From: an uncultured delta proteobacterium
GTDB lineage: Bacteria > Myxococcota_A > Polyangia > Fen-1088
Assembly: GCA_963755125.1 (NCBI GenBank)
Contig: CAVWIP010000018.1
Location: 192,001-256,000 of the forward strand
Length of the DNA: 64,000 nucleotides
Direction of reading: 5' to 3'
Part shown: positions 9,732 to 21,900 of the stretch, one piece after another
Numbering within the stretch: position 1 is the first letter of the stretch
Layout of the letters: each line of letters begins with the position of its first letter
Position numbers and translations under genes: made by a program
The notes under the pieces: model-generated
What the model saw: only the letters and a program-made list of their open reading frames with translations
Databases searched by the model: none
Told to the model about the DNA's origin: nothing

Positions 9732-10224
9732 CAAGAAGACCCCCGCGCGCAGGGCACAGCCCGCGGCTGCGCTGCCACGGCCCGCCCGGACGCCGCCACC
9801 GCCGCGGGTGGCGTTCCCCAAGAAAAACCAGCAGCCCACGCCAGCGGCCTTCACCGCGCGCCTGCCGCTGGCCCTGGGCAAGCGCTTCGAGGCGGCGCGC
9901 AGCTTCCTGCTCAAGCAGAAAGAAGTGGTCGAGGACGTCACCTTCTACGGCCCGTCGACCGGATGGGCCTTGCGCTACCTGTGCGGCGGCAAGCATCTCT
10001 GTGCCCTGCTCCTGCACAGTGATCTCCCGGTGGCCATCGTGTCGCTGGACGCAGCGGCCAGCGCGGCGGTGGATTGGCAAGCCCTCTCGCCGGTCGGCCA
10101 GCGCGCGCAGAAGGCGGCGCATGGCAGCCCGTCGCAGCTCTGGCTCGACATTCCGCTGGCTGGCACAGGCACCGCGGACTTCAAGATGATCGTTCGCGCC
10201 AAGCTGGCGACCATGACGACTTGA
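9712..10224 (+). CDS. DUF3788-like protein
   Basis: FYGPSTGWALRY...LCALL and C-terminal IVRAKL pattern. Confidence 0.55.
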   Translation: MPRTPSDKKTPARRAQPAAALPRPARTPPPPRVAFPKKNQQPTPAAFTARLPLALGKRFEAARSFLLKQKEVVEDVTFYGPSTGWALRYLCGGKHLCALLLHSDLPVAIVSLDAAASAAVDWQALSPVGQRAQKAAHGSPSQLWLDIPLAGTGTADFKMIVRAKLATMTT

Positions 10225-10268
10225 GAAACCCGGTCGACAGCGGCGACATCTAATACGGATTAGGTCGA

Positions 10269-12499
<2,231 letters not shown>

Positions 12500-12503
<4 letters not shown>

Positions 12504-14095
12504 ATGGACGGTCGTGCTGGTTGGTGTTAACGGCGCTGCTGCTCTCAGCCGGGATCGCCGGCGCGCAGCCGCCAGGCGAGGCGGGCGATGCACAGGCCAT
12601 GGCGGCGCGGCCTCTCATGGTGGGCGACCTGCCGTTGGGCACCGTGACCGTGCGGGTGGGACGCGGCTCGCTGTCAAATGCCGCGGTGGGGGTCGACGTC
12701 GTGGCCTCAGTGACCGCTCCGGGTGGCACGCCCAGCAAGCGCACCGAGAAGACCAAGTCGGATGGGCGCGCGACCTTCTCCGCGCTGCCGGTCGGTGCCG
12801 AATTTCGCGCCGAAGCCGTGGTCGATGGCGAACGCCTGCAGACCGCGTCCTTCGCCATCCCCGCCGAAGGGGGCACGCGCCTCATGCTGGTCTCCAAGCC
12901 GGACCAAAGCGCAGGGGCAGCCGCGCCGGCGAACCCGCACGCGGGCGCGCACGAACATGGAGGCACGGCCGAGATGGCCGTCGGCGCTCTCACGGGCACG
13001 GTGGCGCCCAGGGATGATCTTGCCGCGGGAACGGTGGAACTCCGCTTGGTCGGCTCCGACAGCGCGCCCATCACAGGCCAGGAGGTGAGGTTGGGCCACA
13101 GCGCCGGCAGGGCCGACGCCTTGGCGTTCGTGGCCAGCAACTCCGACAAGAACGGGCTGGTGCGTTTCCAGAGGCTGGAAACCGGCGGGCTGCACACGTA
13201 TACAGCCATCGTCGACCGCGAGGGCCTGCGGCTGAGCAGCGCAGGCTTTCGCCTGCCCGATGATCACGGCGTCGCCGGTGAGCTACTGGTACCCGGCCAC
13301 ACCAGCGACCCATCGGTCTTGCAGGTGTCCAGCTCGTCGAAGCTGCTGGTGGACCTGCGCGAGGACGCGCTGGTGGTCATGGAGAATCTGGTGCTCAACA
13401 ACACATCCGACCGGATCTTCCGCGCCGGCGCCGGCGGTCTTGCTATCCCGCTTCCGGCAGTGGCCAACAACGTGACCGCCATCGAGGGCGGCGCGCGCCT
13501 GGAACTGGACAACGGCTCGGCCCTGTCTCTGCGGGAAGCAATCCCGCCGGCGAAATCACACGGCATCCCAGTGCAGGCCCGCTTCGGGTTCTTCCTGCCC
13601 ACCGCCGGCGAAGGCAGCATCACCATTCGCCAGCCCGTGCCGCTCGGGATTGACAGCCCGGTGGTCATGGTGCCGGAGGCGGATCACCTGACCCTCACCG
13701 CGCCGGGTCTGCAGGCCCTGGCTCCCCAGACCGACGATCGAGGAGCACGCATGCTGATCTTCCAGCTCGCCAGCGTGCCTCGCAACGGGATCCTCACCAT
13801 CACCGTGTCCGGCCTGCCCGCGCGTTCACGTCTGGGGCAGATCATCGCGACGGCGCTCGTCGCCGCGCTGATCTTCGCGGTGGTACTCGGCTGGCGACGG
13901 CCGAAAGTCGAGAGACGACCGGGAGCCAAAGATCTGGGAAGTCGCCGCGATCGGCTCTTCGCTGAGCTGGCCAACGTGGAACGCGCGCGTCGGGCCGCTG
14001 GACCCGACGATGCGCAGCTCGCCCAGCGGCGGGCTGATCTCGTGGCTGCGCTCGAGGCGGCTGACCGCGCGAGCCCTGCCGCCAAATCTTCGTGA
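12500..14095 (+). CDS. Exported protein with Ig/carboxypeptidase-regulatory-like domains and a C-terminal membrane anchor, inside the ccm operon
   Basis: ATGA overlap with ccmF stop; signal peptide; two similar segments (TKSDGRATFSAL / SDKNGLVRFQRL); TM helix, then RRDRLFAELANVE. Confidence 0.75.
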
Positions 14096-14099
14096 AGCC

Positions 14100-14816
14100 A
14101 TGAGCGAGCGTGTGCTACGGCTGATGAACGTCGGCAAGACCTTTGGCCGGCACCGCGCGCTTGCCGATGTCTCGTTGACCTTCGTCCCCGGTCAGGTGGC
14201 AGCGGTTCTGGGCCCCAACGGCGCCGGCAAGTCCACCCTGCTCGGTCTGCTCTCGACGCTGTCGCAACCGTCGCAGGGCCGCATCATGCTGGGCGATGAA
14301 CAACTGTCGCGCCACAGCCCTTTGCGCGCCAGCATCGGCTACGTCGGTCACGAGCCGGGCGTGTACGGAGATCTCTCGGCTCGGCACAACCTGCGCCTGT
14401 TTGCCTCGCTGTACGGAATCGCAAGCGCCGAGCGCCGCATCGACGAGATGCTGGCGCGCGTGGGCCTGGATGCCGTCCGGTGCGAGACGGCTGCACGGAC
14501 CTTCTCGCGCGGGATGTTGCAGAGACTGGCGCTGGCGCGCGCCCTGCTCCACCAGCCCGACATCCTGCTCTTCGACGAGCCAGGGTCCGCGCTCGATCCC
14601 GCGGGCGTCGCGTGGCTGGCAGGCGAGCTGGCTCGCGAGCGCGAAGCCGGCCGCCTGGTGGTGCTGGTGACTCATGACTTGGCGGCGGCCGCTGCCGTGG
14701 CCACGCACGTGGTGGTCCTGCGCCGCGGTCGGGTGGCGAGCGACCAGACACGCGCGAGTTTCTCCCCCGACGAGGTTCGCGCGATCTACGAGGAGGCCAC
14801 CCGTGGCAAGGCCTAA
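14100..14816 (+). CDS. ccmA: Heme ABC exporter ATP-binding protein CcmA
   Basis: GPNGAGKST, FSRGM, LLFDEP; operon context. Confidence 0.9.
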   Translation: MSERVLRLMNVGKTFGRHRALADVSLTFVPGQVAAVLGPNGAGKSTLLGLLSTLSQPSQGRIMLGDEQLSRHSPLRASIGYVGHEPGVYGDLSARHNLRLFASLYGIASAERRIDEMLARVGLDAVRCETAARTFSRGMLQRLALARALLHQPDILLFDEPGSALDPAGVAWLAGELAREREAGRLVVLVTHDLAAAAAVATHVVVLRRGRVASDQTRASFSPDEVRAIYEEATRGKA

Positions 14817-15504
14817 CTGGGCGTCCCAAGCCGCGCGCGTCGCGTGGAAGGATCTGCACATCGAGGGACGCAGCCGCGAGGTGCTCTACACCATGGGCTT
14901 CATGGCAGCCCTGGTGGTGCTGGTGTTCTCCTTCGCTTTCATCTCCGGGCAGGAAGTCACGGTTGGCCCCGACGCGGTCGCCGGCATTCTGTGGGTCGCG
15001 GTGCTGTTCTCGGGCACGGTGGCCCTGTCCCGCATCTTCGACCGCGAACGCGAGAGCGAGGCCATCCGTTCGCTGCTGCTGTCCCCGGTCCCGCGCTCGG
15101 CGATCTATGCGGGCAAGCTGGCAGCCACCGCAGTCATCATGTTCCTGGTGGAATTGTTGCTGACCCCTTTGCTCGCGGCGCTCTTCTCCGCCGCCATCGG
15201 GCCGCACGCGCTCTGGCTGGGACTGCTGCTTTTCCTTGGAACCGTCGGTTTCTGTTCGGTGGGTGTGATCTTCTCCGCCGCGCTTCTGCGCGCCCGCAGC
15301 CGCGACGCGCTTCTAGGCGCCCTGCTCTTTCCCATCGTGATCCCGGTGCTGCTGGCGGCCAGCCGTGCCACGGCCACTCTGCTCGACCCGGCAGCTCCGG
15401 ATCTCGATCCCGCGATGTTCTGGACGCGTTTTCTCGTGGCCCTGGACGTGGTGTTCGTGGTGGTCGGGCTGTGGTCCTTTGAACCAGTCGTGATGGGAGA
15501 GTGA
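14803..15504 (+). CDS. ccmB: Heme exporter permease CcmB
   Basis: WKDLHIEGRSRE, FDRERE, LLFPIVIPVLL; GAGGAGG before GTG 14803. Confidence 0.9.
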   Translation: MARPNWASQAARVAWKDLHIEGRSREVLYTMGFMAALVVLVFSFAFISGQEVTVGPDAVAGILWVAVLFSGTVALSRIFDRERESEAIRSLLLSPVPRSAIYAGKLAATAVIMFLVELLLTPLLAALFSAAIGPHALWLGLLLFLGTVGFCSVGVIFSAALLRARSRDALLGALLFPIVIPVLLAASRATATLLDPAAPDLDPAMFWTRFLVALDVVFVVVGLWSFEPVVMGE

Positions 15505-15507
15505 GCT

Positions 15508-16212
15508 ATGTCTTCCAGAATGTCTTCGTCCCTCAAGTCCAGCACCGCCTTCGTGGTGGGTCTCTTGCTGACCATGCACGGGTTCTTCGTCGTGACCTTC
15601 CTGGTCGCCAACGCGCCGCTGGAAAAGACCATGGGCATCGTGCAGAAGATCTTCTACTTCCACGTGCCTTGCGCCTGGCTACTCATGCTGTCCACCTTCG
15701 TGTGCGCGGGCGGCAGCCTGGCGTACCTGTTTCGCGGGTCGGAACGCGGCGATCGGCTGGCCCTGTGCAGTGCCGAGTTGGGCGTGCTGTTTGGCCTGTG
15801 CGTGATGGTGACCGGTCCGCTGTGGGCGCGGGCGGCGTGGGGCGTGTTCTGGACCTGGGACGTACGCCTCACCTCCTCGCTGTTGCTCTGGCTGATGCTG
15901 ATCGCGTATGGGCTGGCGCGACGCTATGGCGGCGAAGGCGGACGCCGGCTGGCCGCGGCCATGGCCCTGTTCGCGGCGGCGGATGTGCCTCTCGTCTATC
16001 TCAGCGTCAACGTCTGGCGCACCCTACACCCGACGACCAAGGTGGTTTCGTCGTTGGCCCCGGGGATGCGCTTGCCCTTCTTCTTGTCGCTGGCCATCTT
16101 CAGCGCCTTATGGGGCGTGCTGCTGACCTTGCGCATGCGTGTCGAGCGCGCCCATGCGCGCCTGGTGGAACTGACGATCGCCGTCGAGGATGCGGAAGGA
16201 AGGTCACCATGA
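15508..16212 (+). CDS. ccmC: Heme exporter CcmC
   Basis: IFYFHVP, WGVFWTWDVRLTS, WRTLHP. Confidence 0.93.
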   Translation: MSSRMSSSLKSSTAFVVGLLLTMHGFFVVTFLVANAPLEKTMGIVQKIFYFHVPCAWLLMLSTFVCAGGSLAYLFRGSERGDRLALCSAELGVLFGLCVMVTGPLWARAAWGVFWTWDVRLTSSLLLWLMLIAYGLARRYGGEGGRRLAAAMALFAAADVPLVYLSVNVWRTLHPTTKVVSSLAPGMRLPFFLSLAIFSALWGVLLTLRMRVERAHARLVELTIAVEDAEGRSP

Positions 16213-16343
16213 CTTACGTTGCCCTGGCTTACGGTTTCATTTGGGGTGCGGTGTTCACCTACATCGCGCTAATCGGGCGGCGCGTGGCGCGCATCGACGC
16301 CGAGATCGAAGATCTGCGCCAGCGGGTCAAGCCCAGCGCCTAG
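16209..16343 (+). CDS. ccmD: CcmD-family small membrane protein
   Basis: MTYVALAYGFIW... single TM plus charged tail; ATGA overlap with ccmC stop. Confidence 0.85.
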   Translation: MTYVALAYGFIWGAVFTYIALIGRRVARIDAEIEDLRQRVKPSA

Positions 16344-16417
16344 ATCTTCTCGGCGGGTCGCGCGTTCAAAGTCCCCAGATCCCCCGGCCAGATCACCCCG
16401 GGGACAGGAGGCCCGCC

Positions 16418-16960
16418 ATGCGACGCGCGCACCCGTCCAAGGAAGCCGTGCTCTGCCTTGTCACGTTCCTTTGCGCCGAAGGATCACCCCCGGCCGCCCA
16501 GCCCGACCGTGCGATAAGTGCACGGCCGGCCGGCCCGATCAGCGACCGTCGGCAAGTTCCGCCCGACCCGCTGGCCGGTCTGCCCGAGGAAGAGCCGGTC
16601 CAGCGGCGACGCAGCCGCGACAGAGGAAAAAACGGACAGGGTGCGGGAAGCAAGACGACATGCAGGCTTGAGGCAAGACCCGAGAGCGATCGCGAGGTGG
16701 GGGATCTGCGTGCGGCGGTCGCCGTCATTCAACGTGGGCCACGGACAGCCCCCTGCCCTTCCGCACAGATGGCCAATCCCCTGCGTCTGCGCCTCTCCAT
16801 CGACAGCGCGGGAAAAATCACCGCGGTCGAGAGACTGTCGGGCGACAAGAAGCTGGCCGACGATCTGATGCGCAAGCTGGTGGGACAGGTCTCCCTGTCA
16901 AAGGTCACCTCGGCCACCGCCGGCGTCGCCCAGATCAGCCTCCGGCGGGCTGCACGCTGA
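16418..16960 (+). CDS. Hypothetical protein, possibly a degraded fragment
   Basis: AGGAGG before ATG 16418; only the C-terminal part (LRLRLSIDSAGKITAVERLSGD) looks like a folded domain. Confidence 0.4.
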   Translation: MRRAHPSKEAVLCLVTFLCAEGSPPAAQPDRAISARPAGPISDRRQVPPDPLAGLPEEEPVQRRRSRDRGKNGQGAGSKTTCRLEARPESDREVGDLRAAVAVIQRGPRTAPCPSAQMANPLRLRLSIDSAGKITAVERLSGDKKLADDLMRKLVGQVSLSKVTSATAGVAQISLRRAAR

Positions 16961-17002
16961 CGCCCCCAGGAGACCAGCCTACGAGCCGCTGCACACCACA
17001 GC

Positions 17003-17425
17003 TCATGCCTTACCCCGCAGAAGTGCCTTGAACCCAGCTTTGTCGAAATGCTCGTCCTTGGTGAGCGCCTCCCGCAGGCGACGGGCTTTCATCGTCTGAA
17101 AACTCAGGCAATCCGTGAACGACCATCCCTGATCGATGTGCTTGGCCATGAAAGCCGCAGCCCGGACAAACACTTCGGGACTCGTCCAGTCGACCACGCA
17201 CGCCTTCGATTGCAGGGTGGATTGGAAGAAGCCCTCCACCAGATGCCCGAAGCCGCGAGCGACCAGCAAGGTCGCTGTCTCGTCGAGCACGTAGTCGGTT
17301 GTCACGAACTTCGCACGGCGGCGCTGCGCCTGTTGCAGAATCCGAGCCGCTCGTTCGTGCATCTCTTCTCGCTCCACGAGCAGCGCGTAGAAGCCGCTGG
17401 TGTCGACGAATGTTTCAGAGGCCAT
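17003..17425 (-). CDS. PIN-domain (VapC-family) toxin
   Basis: FVDTSGFYAL, TTDYVLDE, SFTDCLSF, TKDEHF. Confidence 0.92.
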   Translation of the reverse strand: MASETFVDTSGFYALLVEREEMHERAARILQQAQRRRAKFVTTDYVLDETATLLVARGFGHLVEGFFQSTLQSKACVVDWTSPEVFVRAAAFMAKHIDQGWSFTDCLSFQTMKARRLREALTKDEHFDKAGFKALLRGKA

Positions 17426-17660
17426 AGACGATGTCGTCGATCTGGCGGTTCGTCAGAGAGGACCCTCGACGTTTCGAAAGCTCACCCAGCCGGTAGAAGG
17501 GATCGTCGGCCTCCACCGTCGGGGGTCGGATCGGTTCGAGCCGAAGTGCCGGACGTCCGCGATACGTGAGCACGATGGCTTCGCCGGCACGCACCTGTCC
17601 CACGATCTGCTTTGCGTGGACTCGCAGATCGAGCATGGAAACTGTCTTGCCAACCGGCAT
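17415..17660 (-). CDS. Phd/YefM-family antitoxin
   Basis: TVSMLDLRVHAKQIVGQVRAGEAIVLTYRGRPALRL; overlaps the toxin start. Confidence 0.85.
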   Translation of the reverse strand: MPVGKTVSMLDLRVHAKQIVGQVRAGEAIVLTYRGRPALRLEPIRPPTVEADDPFYRLGELSKRRGSSLTNRQIDDIVYGL

Positions 17661-17667
17661 GAGATGA

Positions 17668-17696
17668 AGTTTAAGTTGAAGTTGATCTTGAGTCAA
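17668..17696 (-). promoter_or_regulatory. Sigma70-type promoter TTGACT-N17-TAAACT for the TA operon
   Basis: Minus strand reads ttgact caagatcaacttcaact taaact tcatctc ATG. Confidence 0.7.
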
Positions 17697-17740
17697 TCCG
17701 GACCCACGACGACCACGACCTTCCGCCGGCTGGCGCGCGA

Positions 17741-18754
17741 CTACGCCCGCGCGCCCGGGTGAATGGCGCTGCTGACCAGGAAGCGGCTGGCGCCGATGAG
17801 CGGCGCGCGCGCATCGAGCGCCACCCGCACCGGCAGGTTCTTCGCCCATTCCGAAAAACGTCCCTTGTCGGCCAGGGCTGCCAGAAAGGATCCTTCCTTG
17901 AGCGCCGGCAGGATCTTCGGGGCGATGCCGCCGCCGATGATCACGCCGCCCGTGGTCAGCCCCTTGAGCGCCAGGTTCCCGGCCTCGGCGCCCAGCACCG
18001 CACAGAACATGCGCAGGGCCTGCACGCACACCGGATCGCGGTTGGCCAGGGCGGCTGCCGAGATCGCCGCATTGGGATCGCCGCTGCCAAGTTGTTCGGC
18101 CAGCCAGGGCGGCTCGCGGCTGGTGGCCTCGTTGCGCAAGCAGCGATACAGGTTGCCGATGCCGGCGCCCGAAAGGATGCGCTCGTAGCTGACGTGGCCG
18201 CCCAGGACCGCCCGCAGGTGGCGCAAAAGAACGATCTCGTCGTCGGTGCGCGGGGCGAAGTCGGCGTGGCCGCCTTCCGACGGGATAGCGTGGTACTGCT
18301 TGCCGTCGAAGTGGAGCAGGGCCTCACCCAGGCCCGTGCCGGGCGCGATGACCGCGATGTCGCCCCGGGCGCCAGCCTTCCCAGGCTGCAGCACTTCAAA
18401 ATCCTGGGACGCCAAAAACAACATGCCGAAGGCGGCGGCCTCCAGGTCATTGAGCAAGCGCACGCGCGGGGCGCGTAGGCCCTTGGCCAGATGTTCCTCA
18501 TCGAGCAACCAGGGCAGGTTGGTCAGCCGAGCCCGGCCGCCCTCGACCGGCCCGGCCACGCCAAAGCAGGCGCCAGTCAGCGTGGGCCGTTCGCTGGCCG
18601 AGAGGAACTCGTCCACCACCGCCTCGATCGAGTGGTATTCGAGGCTGGGAAAGGTGGCCTCGCGCACGCAGCGCAGATCCTCGCCCTCCTGGCCCACCTG
18701 CTCGAAGAGCGCGAGCACGGTCTTGGTTCCGCCGATGTCGCCAGCAATGATCAT
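17741..18754 (-). CDS. glk: Glucokinase
   Basis: AGDIGGTKT, LLNDLEA, APGTGLGEA, SEGGHADF, SYERILSG, GGGIAPKI. Confidence 0.95.
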   Translation of the reverse strand: MIIAGDIGGTKTVLALFEQVGQEGEDLRCVREATFPSLEYHSIEAVVDEFLSASERPTLTGACFGVAGPVEGGRARLTNLPWLLDEEHLAKGLRAPRVRLLNDLEAAAFGMLFLASQDFEVLQPGKAGARGDIAVIAPGTGLGEALLHFDGKQYHAIPSEGGHADFAPRTDDEIVLLRHLRAVLGGHVSYERILSGAGIGNLYRCLRNEATSREPPWLAEQLGSGDPNAAISAAALANRDPVCVQALRMFCAVLGAEAGNLALKGLTTGGVIIGGGIAPKILPALKEGSFLAALADKGRFSEWAKNLPVRVALDARAPLIGASRFLVSSAIHPGARA

Positions 18755-18925
18755 GGCCGCCAGGGTAGCACTGTCCTTCTCGGCCGCGAAGTCATGGCAA
18801 TCGACTTCGGAGGCCGTGATGACATTTCGCGCTAAGGTGGCGCGGCTCCGGTTAGCCTCGGTGCCGGTTCTGTGGTATGGAAGCGGCGCACCGACGGACA
18901 CCTACATCAACCTCACGAAGCACGT

Positions 18926-21900
18926 GTGACTGTGGAGCAACCGGGAAGAATAGGAGTCGACATCGGCGCCGTATCGCTCAAGGCGGTCCGGATCGACGGT
19001 GCTGGCAAGGTCGTTCAGTCCTTCTACGCCCGACACAAAGGCGAGCCGGCTCCCGTGCTCGAGCGCGCCCTGCGCGAGCTGGACCTGGCGCCCGGGGACG
19101 CCATCGGCTTCTGCGGGCTGAATGCGACCCGCTTCTGCGAGGCCTTCGAGACCCGGCGGCTGGACATTGCCGCCTGCCAGATTCGCGTCGTGCACGCCCT
19201 GTTCCCCGAGGTTCGCAACATCATCGACATCGGCGGCGGCTCGGTGACGCTGGTGCAGCTCGACGCCCAGGGGCACTTCCAGAACTACGCCACCAACTCC
19301 ATGTGCGCGGCAGGCACCGGATCCTTCCTCGACGAGCAGGCCGCGCGCCTGGGCCTGGATTGCAGCGATCCGGCCTTGGTGGGCAGCGTGGCCGAGCCGC
19401 CCTCCATCGCCACCCGCTGCTCGGTGTTCGCCAAGAGCGACCTGATTCACCGCCAGCAAGAGGGCTACAGCAAGGCCGCCATGTGGTCCGGGCTGTGCCG
19501 GGGCATGACCCGCACCTTGATCGGAACCCTGCTGCGGGCGCGGCCCCTGGATGCCCCGACCGCGATCATCGGCGGGGTAGCGCTCAACGGCGAGGTTCTG
19601 CGCTGGCTGGACGCGGCCTTCCCCAATTTGCTGCGCGTGCCGGCCTCGCCCCATCTCGTGGCGGCCACCGGCGCCGCTGCCCTGGGCGCGGTTCCGCGGC
19701 GGCTGCCCTCGCGCGAGTCACTCCATCGCATTGCCACGGCCAGCGACGTGGAATACCACCCCTGGCCGCTCACGCTGGAGAAGTCGAAGTACCCCGATTT
19801 TCGCCTGGCCGAGTCCTACACCGACCCGGAGGGCAACGAGGTGCGCGTGGTTTCCTGGCCCGCGGGCCAGACCTTGCGCGTGTACCTGGGCATCGACATC
19901 GGCTCGACCAGCACCAAGCTGGCGCTGGTCAACGACAAGGACGAACTGCTGGTCAACGTGTACCGCAAGACCGGCGGCGATCCCATCGGTGCCACGCAGA
20001 AGCTGTGCCGCGCCCTGCGCGAGCTCGAGGCCAAGAAGGGCGCGCGCATAGAAGTGCTGGGCGCCGGGACCACGGGCAGCGGCCGCAAGATCGTGGGCGA
20101 GGTGATCGGCGGGGACGCCATCATCAACGAGATCAGCGCCCATGTGGCGGGCGCCACCTTCACCGATCCCACGGTCGACACCATCTTCGAAATCGGCGGC
20201 CAGGACGCCAAGTACATGCACATCGTCGACGGCCACATCCGCGACGCCAACATGAACTACGTGTGCGCCGCCGGCACCGGCTCGTTCGTCGAGGAACAGG
20301 CCAACAAGCTGGGCTACAAGGTGGCCGAAGTGGGCCAGGCCGTGCTGGGGGTGAAGCCCCCGCGCGCCACCGACCGATGCACCGTCTTCATGGAGCAGGA
20401 CGTGGTGCGCTTCATCGAGGCCGGCGCCAGCCGACCCGAGGCCCTGGCCGCGGTCATGGTCGCGGTGGCCAAGAACTACCTCAACAAGGTGGTGGGCAAC
20501 CGCCACCGCAACCGCAACCGCATCATGTTCCAGGGCGCCACCGCGCGGAACAAGGCCCTGGTGGCCGCGTTCGAGCGCCTGCTCGACGTGGAGGTCGTGG
20601 TATCGCCCTACTGCCACGTGATGGGTGCCTTTGGCGTGGCCCGGCTGGTGCGCCAGACCATGGCGGAACAGAGCGTGAGTTCGTCGCGCTTTCGTGGCCT
20701 CGACCTGGACAAGCGCAAGATCGTCCTGCGCAAGGAAACCTGCGACCTCTGTCAGAACGACTGCACCATCACCTTTGCCGAGATCGAGGGTGTGACGGGC
20801 TCGCCCTCGTGGGGCTACATGTGCGGCCGCGATCCCGGCGAGCAGAAGGTGCGCAAGAGCCCGTATGATCGGGCCCTGCGCCTGCGCCAGCGTCTGTGGC
20901 GCGAGGGTGGCGCCGGCGTGAAAGTTCCGGACAAGGCGCCGGTGGTGGGCCTGCCCCAGGCGCTGCTGACCTACACCTACTATCCGCTGTGGCAGCGTTT
21001 CTTCAATACACTGGGCTTCCGCGTGCAGCTTTCCGGCCAGACTACCGACGAAATCCGCGAGTTGGGCCCGCGCATGGCGGGCGCCGACTTCTGCTTCCCG
21101 GCCAAGCTGGCGCTGGGCCATGTGGCCAAGCTGGCGGTCACCGACGGAGTTGACTTCGTGTTCGTGCCGCATTTGAAAAACACGCCGGCCAACGAAGAGA
21201 CCACGGGCACGGCGGTGTGCCCCTACGTGCAGGGAACCGCGGCGTGCAGCCGCACGGCCCTGGCCATGAACCACATGGACGCCTCGCGCATCCTGTCGCC
21301 TCTGGTCGACATGCGCATGCGCGAGCGTGACATCATCAAGACCCTGTCCGACGAGCTGGCCAAGCCGCTCGGGCGCTCGTCGCGCGACATCCGGCGCGCC
21401 TGGCACGCTGGCCTGGAGGCGCAGGATCGTTTCGAGCAGCGCTGCCAGGAGGAGGGCGCCAAGATCCTGGCCGAGGCCACCGCCAAAAACGAGAAGATGA
21501 TCCTGCTGGTGGGCCGGCCCTACAACAACTACGACGGCGGCGCCAACCTGGGCCTGCCGCAGAAGATCGCGGACATGGGCCGCACGGTCCTGCCCATGGA
21601 CTTCCTTGCGCCAGATCTGTCGCGGCTGGGCTTGCGCTATCGCAACGCCTTCTGGAGCTACGGCCAGAAGATCCTGGCCGTGCTGGAGCAGGCCGTTGAC
21701 CATGAGCTGCTCGACGTCGTGTACCTGACCAACTTCTCCTGCGGGCCGGACAGCTTCCTGCTCAGCTTCGCCGAGGAGATCATGGGCCGCCGCCCGCTGC
21801 TCATGCTGGAACTCGACGAGCACGGCGCCGACGCCGGCTACATGACCCGGCTGGAGGCGTTCTTCGATGTCTTGCGCCGGCCGCGGCCCGAGCGCGGGCC

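Noticed and set aside
18755..18925. Riboswitch between glk and the activase gene
   Set aside because: Imperfect hairpins without a recognisable aptamer motif.
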